A stretch of 64,000 nucleotides of DNA from Bacteroidota bacterium (GTDB lineage Bacteria > Bacteroidota > Bacteroidia > Bacteroidales > UBA4417). The notes beneath the pieces are model-generated. The model was given only the letters and a program-made list of their open reading frames with translations. It was not told the origin of the DNA and did no database searches. The stretch is taken from contig JACAAZ010000007.1 in the NCBI GenBank assembly GCA_013376995.1, positions 135,373 through 199,372 on the forward strand, written 5' to 3'. This document shows positions 6,503 to 14,834 of the stretch, piece after piece. A program made the position numbers and the translations under genes. The first letter of the stretch is position 1; every line of letters starts with the position of its first letter.

Positions 6503-8317
6503 ATGAGATTCATACTTGCATCGATTGTATTTGCTTTATTGCTTTGTTGTGGTAAACACAGCCAGGCCCAGATATCACCAGGAGATCTTGCCGAGGTGCA
6601 TGCCCAGCTTGAAGGTATTTCGAACTGCACAAAATGCCATACCCTTGGTTCAAAGGTGTCGAACGAAAAATGCCTGCAATGCCATACTGAAGTAAGTGCC
6701 AGAATTAAAAGCCAGAAAGGTTACCATTCATCTGTTCCTGTTTCCGGTAAAGCTTGTGTGAGTTGTCATAATGATCATCATGGTAAGAAATTCCAGATAA
6801 TCCGTTTCAATCCGGAAAGTTTTGATCACTTGTTTGCCGGTTACAAACTCCAGGGTGCGCATGCTAAACAGGAGTGCAAGAAATGCCATAAGCCGGAGAA
6901 TATCAGTGTGCCTGCAATTAAGAACAAGAAGTTCACTTACCTGGGACTAAGCACTAATTGCGGATCCTGCCATACAGATTATCACCAGAATACACTTTCC
7001 CTGACTTGTTCAAATTGCCATGGCTTTGACAACTTTAAGCCTGCGGTTAACTTCATCCATAATTCGGCAAAATTCAAACTGAGCGGGAAGCACGTTGATG
7101 TGCCCTGCGTGAAGTGTCATAAGATCACGGTATTAAAGGGATTGAAGTTCCAGGAATTTACCGGAATCCCGTTCCAGGGATGTGTGAATTGTCATGATGA
7201 TCCGCACAACAATAAATTTGGCAAGCTTTGCAGTGACTGCCACGTTGTTGAGTCATTCCAGGATATCAAGGGAAACTCCAAAATTGATCACTCAAAAACT
7301 AACTTTAAACTCGAGGATAAGCATCAGCAGGTAGCATGCAAATCCTGTCATAAGGGAAATATCAGTGACCCGGTAAAACATTCAAAGTGCCTGGATTGTC
7401 ATCCTGATTTTCATAAGGCCCAATTTGAGAAGCAAGGTGTTAACCAGGATTGCTCAGTTTGCCATGATACCAAGGGGTTCAATAATACATCATTCACAAC
7501 AGGGAGGCACAAGGAAACGAATTATGCCCTTGAAGGAAAACACCTGGACGTTGACTGCCTGAAATGCCACAAAAAGTCAGATACCTGGAATTTCAGGAAT
7601 TTAGGGAAGCAGTGTAAGGATTGTCACAATGATTATCATGAGAAGCAGTTTGTTAACCAGGGAGGTGTTCAGGATTGTGCGGATTGTCATAATGTAGCCG
7701 GCTTCAGTAATGCCAACTACACAATTGAGCAACACGACAAGGGCAACTTCCAGCTTAAAGGTGCTCACCTTGCAACACCATGCAATGCATGCCATCTTAA
7801 GAATAATAAATGGGCGTTCAGAGATATTGGGAAAAAGTGTAAGGATTGTCACCAGGATATTCATCAGAATAGTATAGATATAAAATATTATCCTGATCAT
7901 TCCTGCGAAAGTTGTCACAACCCTGAGGAATGGGCTTCAATAGCATATGATCACTCTCAGACGAACTTTAAGTTGTCCGGAGTTCATGCTACAACTCCCT
8001 GCCGGAAGTGCCACTTTGAAAACAAGCCTGGAGGCCAGACCGAACAGCGATTTGCCGGGCTTCCACAAGATTGCAATGGCTGTCATACCGATAATCATAA
8101 TCATCAATTTGATGAAAATGGTAAGACTGAATGTATAAAGTGCCATTCCTCAGAGGCCTGGACCATCAAGGATTTTGATCATAATAAGACTGGATTTAAA
8201 CTGGATGGAAGACATGAACATGTGCCTTGTAATAAATGCCATGTGCCTGTTAAGGAACAGCAAATCACCTATGTATTGTATAAGATAAAAGATACGCGAT
8301 GCGAAAGTTGTCACTGA
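6503..8317 (+). CDS. multihaem c-type cytochrome, 23 CxxCH motifs
   Basis: The ATG at 6503 follows the upstream stop at 6477. It has a signal peptide (MRFILASIVFALLLCCGKHSQAQ). I counted 23 CxxCH motifs in 604 aa, with recurrent CxxCHxDxH...F modules. Confidence 0.9.
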   Translation: MRFILASIVFALLLCCGKHSQAQISPGDLAEVHAQLEGISNCTKCHTLGSKVSNEKCLQCHTEVSARIKSQKGYHSSVPVSGKACVSCHNDHHGKKFQIIRFNPESFDHLFAGYKLQGAHAKQECKKCHKPENISVPAIKNKKFTYLGLSTNCGSCHTDYHQNTLSLTCSNCHGFDNFKPAVNFIHNSAKFKLSGKHVDVPCVKCHKITVLKGLKFQEFTGIPFQGCVNCHDDPHNNKFGKLCSDCHVVESFQDIKGNSKIDHSKTNFKLEDKHQQVACKSCHKGNISDPVKHSKCLDCHPDFHKAQFEKQGVNQDCSVCHDTKGFNNTSFTTGRHKETNYALEGKHLDVDCLKCHKKSDTWNFRNLGKQCKDCHNDYHEKQFVNQGGVQDCADCHNVAGFSNANYTIEQHDKGNFQLKGAHLATPCNACHLKNNKWAFRDIGKKCKDCHQDIHQNSIDIKYYPDHSCESCHNPEEWASIAYDHSQTNFKLSGVHATTPCRKCHFENKPGGQTEQRFAGLPQDCNGCHTDNHNHQFDENGKTECIKCHSSEAWTIKDFDHNKTGFKLDGRHEHVPCNKCHVPVKEQQITYVLYKIKDTRCESCH

Positions 8318-11142
8318 TAATTCTGCTTGTAGTTGTTGTGATGTCAGCAAAATTGCTGTCTCCGTCACCACATGGCCCTGACTTCAAGATAAGTTGCGGA
8401 GTATGTCATAGCGCCAAGGGTTGGGATTACGACAGGAATGTTTCCACTTTTCGGCATGATTCTACCGGGTTCATGCTGCTTGGCCAGCATAATTCAGTAA
8501 GCTGTAAAGCTTGTCATTCAACCCTTGTTTTTTCTGAGGCCAGGGGTAAGCAGAATTGCAATGCATGTCATGCCGATATCCATGAACAGACGCTTGGAAA
8601 TGATTGCGGAAGATGTCACACTCCTTCAGCCTGGCTGGTAAATAATATCACTGACCTGCACTTGAAAAGCCGTTTCCCTTTACAAGGTAAACACGCCATA
8701 GCTGACTGTTATTCATGTCATAAATCGGGCTCACTTCATCGTTTCGATCCCTTGGGAACAGAATGTTACGACTGTCACAGGACTGATTTTGAAGCTACGG
8801 CTCACCCTAACCATGTTCAGGGAGGGTTTTCCACAAACTGTTCAGAATGTCATATGGTTACAGGGTTCAATTGGAATAGTACCAATATCAACCATTCCTT
8901 TTTCCCGTTAACCGGAGGGCATTCACTTGATTGCAGCAGATGCCATACAAGCGGCAGTTATTCCGGCCTTTCCAGGTCCTGTGAATCCTGTCATCAGAAA
9001 GATTATAGTTCAGCCAACAATCCCAGCCACCAGGATCTGAACTTTCCTCTAGATTGTTCCCTCTGTCATACTACCAGCCCTGGATGGAAACCGGCTGAAT
9101 ACAAGGATCATGACAGCAGGTTCTTCCCCATATACTCCGGAAAGCACAATGGAGTCTGGAATGCCTGTTCGGATTGTCATGCCAACCCTTCGAATTACGC
9201 AATTTTCAGCTGTGTAAGCTGTCATGATCATAATCAAACATCGACAGACGAAGCCCATAGCAGTGTTGGTGGATATGTTTACAGCAGTGATGCATGTTTT
9301 CAGTGCCATCCCCAGGGAAGTGCAACCGGATCCTTTAATCACTCTACTTCCGGATTCCCGCTTACAGGCGCTCATTCAACCACACCATGCAGTCAATGTC
9401 ATGCAAACGGTTATGCAGGGACAACGACAGTGTGTGCGGATTGCCATACCAATAATTATAACCAGACCACCAATCCGAATCATACAACTGCGAATATTTC
9501 AAACCAATGTGCGCTTTGCCATACAACGAATCCAGGGTGGAAACCAGCCACATTTCCTACTCATAGCACCTATTATGAATTGACCGGTGCTCATACCTCC
9601 GTGGATTGCAATTCATGTCACAACGGTAATTATTCGAATACACCTAATAACTGTGCAGGTTGTCATACCAATAACTATAACCAGACTGCAAATCCTCCCC
9701 ATGTTTCTCTTGGGCTGAGTACAGAATGCTCAACCTGCCATACTACAAATCCTGGCTGGAAGCCGGCAACTTTTGCGGTTCACGATACTTATTACGTTCT
9801 GGCAGGCATTCATACTACTGTAGCCTGTAGTGATTGTCATTCAGCTGGTATTTATACAAATGCTCCGACTACCTGTTATGGATGTCATGCCGCAAACTAT
9901 AACCAGACAACGAATCCTCCTCATGCTACTTCTCAATTTTCGACCGATTGTGCCTCCTGCCATACGCAAACTGCATGGGTTCCTGCAACATTCGACCATG
10001 ATAACCAATACTTTCCTATCTATTCAGGGAAGCATAATAACCAATGGACACTTTGTTCTGAATGCCATTCGAATCCGGCAAACTATGCACAATTCAGTTG
10101 TATTGACTGCCATTCACATAGTAATAAGACAGAAGTTGATAACCAGCATTCAGGAGTAGGTGGTTATGCATACAATAGCCCGGCATGCTACGCCTGTCAT
10201 CCAACAGGATCAACGGCGGGTGCCTTTAATCACGGAACATCTCCTTTCCCGTTAACCGGGGGACACCAGGGTGTTGATTGTAGTGCTTGCCATTCAAATG
10301 GTTATGTCAATACAAGTATGATTTGTAAGGATTGTCATACTCCCAATTACAACCAGACATCTAATCCTGTGCATGCCGCTATTGGCATTTCTACGGATTG
10401 CGCTGTTTGTCATACTACAAACCCTGGCTGGCAACCAGCAACTTTCCCAACTCATAATAATTATTATGCACTTACAGGAGCTCATTCAACGATTTCCTCA
10501 AATTGTGCATCATGTCATAATGGTAACTACAATTCCACCCCGAATGTATGTTCAGGATGTCACATGAACAACTATAACCAGACCAATAATCCAAGTCATG
10601 TGACACTAGGATTATCGAATGATTGTGCCACCTGCCATACAACAAATCCAGGCTGGACACCTGCGACTTTCTCCATTCACAACAATTATTATGTGCTTGC
10701 CGGTGCTCATATTTCTCTGGCTTGCAATACCTGCCATAACGGGAATTACAACAACATCCCGAATACCTGTGTAGGCTGCCACCTGACAGATTATAACCAG
10801 ACGAACAATCCACCTCATGCTTCAGCACAATATCCTACAGATTGCGAGAGTTGCCATACACAAACCGCATGGATTCCATCTACTTTCAATCATGACGCCC
10901 AATACTTCCCCATTTATTCGGGAGCACATAACGGGCAGTGGAGTACTTGTTCCGATTGCCATACAAATTCTTCAAATTACACGGTATTTACGTGTTTAAC
11001 CTGTCATGCGCAGTCGACAATGAACAATTCCCATAGTGGAGTCTCAGGATATTCGTACAATAGCAATGCTTGTTATCAATGTCATCCGAACGGTTCTTCC
11101 GGTGGGAAAATGAGAATTCAGAATAAGGATAAAATAGATTAA
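8299..11142 (+). CDS. giant multihaem c-type cytochrome, 37 CxxCH motifs
   Basis: It has its own signal peptide (MRKLSLIILLVVVVMSAKLL). I counted 37 CxxCH motifs in 947 aa, with repeated CHTxNYNQTxNPxH and CHTTNPGWKPATF modules. It overlaps the upstream gene by 19 nt. Confidence 0.9.
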   Translation: MRKLSLIILLVVVVMSAKLLSPSPHGPDFKISCGVCHSAKGWDYDRNVSTFRHDSTGFMLLGQHNSVSCKACHSTLVFSEARGKQNCNACHADIHEQTLGNDCGRCHTPSAWLVNNITDLHLKSRFPLQGKHAIADCYSCHKSGSLHRFDPLGTECYDCHRTDFEATAHPNHVQGGFSTNCSECHMVTGFNWNSTNINHSFFPLTGGHSLDCSRCHTSGSYSGLSRSCESCHQKDYSSANNPSHQDLNFPLDCSLCHTTSPGWKPAEYKDHDSRFFPIYSGKHNGVWNACSDCHANPSNYAIFSCVSCHDHNQTSTDEAHSSVGGYVYSSDACFQCHPQGSATGSFNHSTSGFPLTGAHSTTPCSQCHANGYAGTTTVCADCHTNNYNQTTNPNHTTANISNQCALCHTTNPGWKPATFPTHSTYYELTGAHTSVDCNSCHNGNYSNTPNNCAGCHTNNYNQTANPPHVSLGLSTECSTCHTTNPGWKPATFAVHDTYYVLAGIHTTVACSDCHSAGIYTNAPTTCYGCHAANYNQTTNPPHATSQFSTDCASCHTQTAWVPATFDHDNQYFPIYSGKHNNQWTLCSECHSNPANYAQFSCIDCHSHSNKTEVDNQHSGVGGYAYNSPACYACHPTGSTAGAFNHGTSPFPLTGGHQGVDCSACHSNGYVNTSMICKDCHTPNYNQTSNPVHAAIGISTDCAVCHTTNPGWQPATFPTHNNYYALTGAHSTISSNCASCHNGNYNSTPNVCSGCHMNNYNQTNNPSHVTLGLSNDCATCHTTNPGWTPATFSIHNNYYVLAGAHISLACNTCHNGNYNNIPNTCVGCHLTDYNQTNNPPHASAQYPTDCESCHTQTAWIPSTFNHDAQYFPIYSGAHNGQWSTCSDCHTNSSNYTVFTCLTCHAQSTMNNSHSGVSGYSYNSNACYQCHPNGSSGGKMRIQNKDKID
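9124..10905 (+). repeat. two tandem in-frame super-repeats (888 nt and 894 nt) inside the 37-haem cytochrome gene
   Basis: The units are delimited by the FPIYSG(K/A)HN motif at codons starting 9124, 10012 and 10906. Each unit carries 12 CxxCH in the same order. A third, partial unit (3 CxxCH) follows. Confidence 0.85.
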
Positions 11143-11152
11143 TGCGAAGCTT

Positions 11153-12775
11153 ATGAAGTATTTTGTGTGTTTTATTCTGATGATGATCGGTATTGCTGGT
11201 TTCGGCCAGGCCGGTAAGCAGGTGCTTGAGGGGTCGGTTACTTATATTACCTCTCAAAATGTTTATGTGGGTTTTGCTTCAACGAAAGGCCTGACCGCAG
11301 GAGACACGCTTTATATTCTAAAGGAAAATAATTCCATACCAGCGCTTTTAATTAAGGATCTTTCTTCCCGCTCATGCGTATGTATTGCGCTTAACAGCCT
11401 GGTCTTTACCGTCGGGGATAAGATAATAAGCGGTGAAAAGCTAGTAGCTATTGATTCCAACGCTGCATCTAAAAACCCTGAACCCGTGAAACCAGCCGAG
11501 GTAAAGGTTGATACAGCAACTTCTTCAGGGAGTGGCCAGCAAGCCAGGAAACAATTGATTACAGGAAGGATCTCGGTTTCTTCGAATACAGGTTTTTCAA
11601 ACGTTTCTTCAACAAATGAGCGAATGCGTTATACTCTGCAGTTGAATGCCAGGAATATTGGCAACTCCAGATTATCAGCCGAATCCTATGTATCTTTTAC
11701 TCATAGGAACAATGAGTGGAAGCAAATTAAAAGCAATATCTTCAACGGGCTTAAGATTTATAACCTTGCGTTGAGTTACGAGTTGGGGAAATATTCGCAC
11801 CTGAGTTTAGGCCGGAAAATCAATCCAAATCTATCGACGATGGGGGCTATTGACGGGCTTCAGTATGAGTTCAGGAAAAAGGAATTCAGTGCTGGTGTAA
11901 TTGCCGGATCACGGCCTGATTATAGTGATTACGGGTTCAATTTTAATCTGCTGCAGTATGGGGCGTATCTTGGTTTGGATCATCAAATGGGGAAAGGAAG
12001 CATGCAGAATTCCGTTGCGTTTATTGAACAGCAGAATTCCGGGAAAACGGATCGTCGGTTTGCTTATTTCCAGCACTCCAATACGGTAGTGAAAAACCTC
12101 TACCTCTATGGTTCTCTCGAAGTGGATCTTTTCATCAGGAAGATTGACAGTATCAGCAATAGCAGTCCCAGCCTGACTAACCTTTATGTTTCATTAAGAT
12201 ATAAAATAGGACAGAAACTATCACTTTCGGCTTCATATAGTTCCAGGAAGAATACCATTTATTATGAAACTTACCGGTTGCTTTACACTGAAAGCTATGT
12301 TGATATGATCAGGAATTCGTTGTCCAGCCAAACACAGGGTTATTTTGTGACAGCCAATTATCATACGAATAGCAGGTTGTTATTTGGACTGTCATCAGGA
12401 TACAGGTTCCAGAAGAATGATCCCAAACCGTCGAAGAACCTCTATGGTTATGCAACCTACCTGGATATGCCTGGTTTACATGTTTCATTCACTTTGTCTG
12501 CAACACTGATGCAGTCAACCTATCTTTCTGGTAATATTTTTGGACTCGGTATTTCGAGGGACTTCCTTAAAGGGAAGCTCTATGCGAATATCAACGTAAA
12601 GTATGCCAAATACCTCTATAGCAGTTTCGATGCAACTATCATGCAGTACTTGGGAGAAGCTGACCTGATGTGGCGAATCAGCCGGAAGCTGTCTTTATCA
12701 GTTGACTATAATACAACAATGGAAAAGACTGTGAAGTATGGAAGTGTTTATGTTCAGCTGAGTAAAAGTTTTTAG
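11153..12775 (+). CDS. outer-membrane beta-barrel protein (porin-like partner of the cytochromes)
   Basis: It has a signal peptide (MKYFVCFILMMIGIAGFGQA), a small N-terminal domain and a Pro/Lys/Ser linker. About 400 aa then show an alternating hydrophobic strand pattern. The C-terminus is ...YVQLSKSF (terminal Phe). Confidence 0.7.
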   Translation: MKYFVCFILMMIGIAGFGQAGKQVLEGSVTYITSQNVYVGFASTKGLTAGDTLYILKENNSIPALLIKDLSSRSCVCIALNSLVFTVGDKIISGEKLVAIDSNAASKNPEPVKPAEVKVDTATSSGSGQQARKQLITGRISVSSNTGFSNVSSTNERMRYTLQLNARNIGNSRLSAESYVSFTHRNNEWKQIKSNIFNGLKIYNLALSYELGKYSHLSLGRKINPNLSTMGAIDGLQYEFRKKEFSAGVIAGSRPDYSDYGFNFNLLQYGAYLGLDHQMGKGSMQNSVAFIEQQNSGKTDRRFAYFQHSNTVVKNLYLYGSLEVDLFIRKIDSISNSSPSLTNLYVSLRYKIGQKLSLSASYSSRKNTIYYETYRLLYTESYVDMIRNSLSSQTQGYFVTANYHTNSRLLFGLSSGYRFQKNDPKPSKNLYGYATYLDMPGLHVSFTLSATLMQSTYLSGNIFGLGISRDFLKGKLYANINVKYAKYLYSSFDATIMQYLGEADLMWRISRKLSLSVDYNTTMEKTVKYGSVYVQLSKSF

Positions 12776-12779
12776 GTTT

Positions 12780-14228
12780 TTACCTTGTAGATTTCACAAT
12801 TCTATTGACAAATTCTACCAATAACCTGATACCCACAGCTGTTCCACCGGCTGTCCTATAGCCATCCTTTTTATCAAGAAATGCAATCCCGGCAATATCC
12901 AGGTGAATCCATGGATAATCCGTAAAATGTTCAAGAAATTTACCGGCAGTAATTGCTCCGGCATGTGGTCCGCCTATGTTTTTCAGGTCGGCTATTTCCG
13001 ATTTAATCAGTTCTGAGTATTCATCCCAGAAAGGAAATTCAGCGATACGCTCATGAACCTTTAAGCCGGCATCTTTTAATTCGTTCATGTATTTCGAGGC
13101 ACCTGAATGCATCCCAACCATGCCAAATTTGCCAATAGCAACCTGTGCAGCACCTGTAAGGGTTGCCAGGTCAATTACCAGTTTCGGATTATAGTTTTTA
13201 GCATAGGAAAGCGCATCAGCCAGCAGCAGGCGCCCTTCAGCATCCGTATTCAGGACTTCCACAGTTGTGCCATCCATCATGGTTATAATATCTCCGGGAA
13301 CATAGGCATTTCCATCAGGCCTGTTATCGGTGGCCGGAAGAAGGGCAACTACATGTAGAGGAAGTTGTAATTTTGCAATGGCATAGATGGCAGCTGCAAC
13401 CGTTGCAGCACCGGCCATGTCACATTTCATGGTATCCATGCTGCTGTTGGGTTTCAGGCTTAATCCCCCGGTATCATAAACCACTCCTTTGCCTACGAGG
13501 ACAATAGTCTTGTCATTCACCGGATTGAGTGGGTTGTATTCCATAATGGTAAAGGTCGGGGGGTCAATACTGCCGCGATTAACAGCAAGCAAGCCTCCCA
13601 TCCTGAGGGCTTCAATCTTTTGCTTATTGAGGATTTCTACCTTTATACCAGCTTCCAGGCCCATCTTTTCAAATTCAAATGCCAGGGCTTCTGCATTCAG
13701 CGAAGATAAAGGCTCATTCACCAATGAACGGCAGCGATATACTGCAGCGCCCAAAACAGACAATTGTTCTACTTCGGCCTTGCTGATTTCTTTACTCACC
13801 AGTTCAATGGTTTTCAAAGGAGACTCCTTGTCGGATGCATCCTTGCGATACTTCAGGAACTGGTAATTTCCCAGCATTAAGCCTTCTGCAAAGGCAAGGA
13901 CAATTTTCGGGAAGATACCGCTATCATAAATTATCAGCTTTTCAATTTTATGCTCATGAATGGCAGGGAGCAGGCTTTCACCTTTTCTGCGCCACTTCTC
14001 AAGCTTTGCAGGAGTCGGCTTTTGTTTTTCAATGCGGCAGATGAATATGAAACTTCCCAGCCGATCCATGAGAACCATATCTTTTGCCTTATCAGCAAAG
14101 CGTTTGCGGAGGTAGGAAAGTTCTTTTTCAGTGAACAGTTTTGGAGAAAGGTCCTTAATGGATGAAATCATCAGGACCGTATTGGACAAAGCCGTAGCTT
14201 TTTTTGATAAGACTATTTTTGGGAGCAT
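12780..14228 (-). CDS. pepA: leucyl aminopeptidase, M17 family
   Basis: Motifs VGKGVVYDTGGLSLKP and NTDAEGRLLLADAL; 482 aa. Confidence 0.92.
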   Translation of the reverse strand: MLPKIVLSKKATALSNTVLMISSIKDLSPKLFTEKELSYLRKRFADKAKDMVLMDRLGSFIFICRIEKQKPTPAKLEKWRRKGESLLPAIHEHKIEKLIIYDSGIFPKIVLAFAEGLMLGNYQFLKYRKDASDKESPLKTIELVSKEISKAEVEQLSVLGAAVYRCRSLVNEPLSSLNAEALAFEFEKMGLEAGIKVEILNKQKIEALRMGGLLAVNRGSIDPPTFTIMEYNPLNPVNDKTIVLVGKGVVYDTGGLSLKPNSSMDTMKCDMAGAATVAAAIYAIAKLQLPLHVVALLPATDNRPDGNAYVPGDIITMMDGTTVEVLNTDAEGRLLLADALSYAKNYNPKLVIDLATLTGAAQVAIGKFGMVGMHSGASKYMNELKDAGLKVHERIAEFPFWDEYSELIKSEIADLKNIGGPHAGAITAGKFLEHFTDYPWIHLDIAGIAFLDKKDGYRTAGGTAVGIRLLVEFVNRIVKSTR

Positions 14229-14328
14229 ATATTTTTAATCTTGGATTTGCAAAAGTACTGAAGATAGTTAGTTGAAAGAAATTGACTTACTTTGCTTAAC
14301 CTAGATCAGAAAAAACGTATCAAACTTC

Positions 14329-14811
14329 ATGAATAAAAAAACAATTAACCTGCTTCTCGAGATAATCTCCTTGATAGCATTGATTTCCGGTATATTTCTA
14401 GTGATTGTGAGCGTAAAACGGCTTCCTGACAATATTCCTACACATTTCTCATTCAATGGAATTCCTGATGATACTGGTAATAAGAATGAGATTTGGCTGC
14501 TGCCAATAATGGGAGGACTAATTTATGTGGTGCTCACTTTTGTCGGTCTGTTGAATAAGTTTATGAAACGCAATGATGAAAAGACAGCTGCTGTAATGGG
14601 CATGGTTAGGAGTATGATCTTGCAGCTGAAATTGGTATTTTCGCTCATCTTCCTTAGCCTGATCATTGGCACTATCCTCATTTCCGACGGCCAGGCCAGG
14701 GGCCTTGGTATAGGATCCACTCCAACATTCCTGCTATTGTTGGCCCTGGTCCTGGTTATTAACATCTGGAGAATTGGCAGGGCATTGGGGTCAGGCAACA
14801 ACAAGAAGTGA
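14329..14811 (+). CDS. DUF1648-like integral membrane protein
   Basis: 160 aa with about 4 TM helices and a PDNIPTHFSFNGIPDDTGNK motif typical of that family. Confidence 0.65.
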   Translation: MNKKTINLLLEIISLIALISGIFLVIVSVKRLPDNIPTHFSFNGIPDDTGNKNEIWLLPIMGGLIYVVLTFVGLLNKFMKRNDEKTAAVMGMVRSMILQLKLVFSLIFLSLIIGTILISDGQARGLGIGSTPTFLLLLALVLVINIWRIGRALGSGNNKK

Positions 14812-14834
14812 TCCCGGATAAGAGTCGGTTGTTA

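Noticed and set aside
8299-8317. Possible frameshift fusing the 23-haem and 37-haem ORFs into one 60-haem protein
   Set aside because: The second ORF begins with its own ATG and a typical signal peptide (MRKLSLIILLVVVVMSAKLL). The first ends cleanly after a complete CxxCH. Two coupled genes is the simpler reading, although read-level verification is listed under the finding.
9049-10828. Several 60-120-aa ORFs on both strands inside the 37-haem gene (e.g. 9049..9375, 9224..9583, 9830..10159, 10472..10828)
   Set aside because: They lie wholly inside a strongly supported CDS with 37 in-frame CxxCH motifs. Their composition is an artefact of the repetitive coding sequence.
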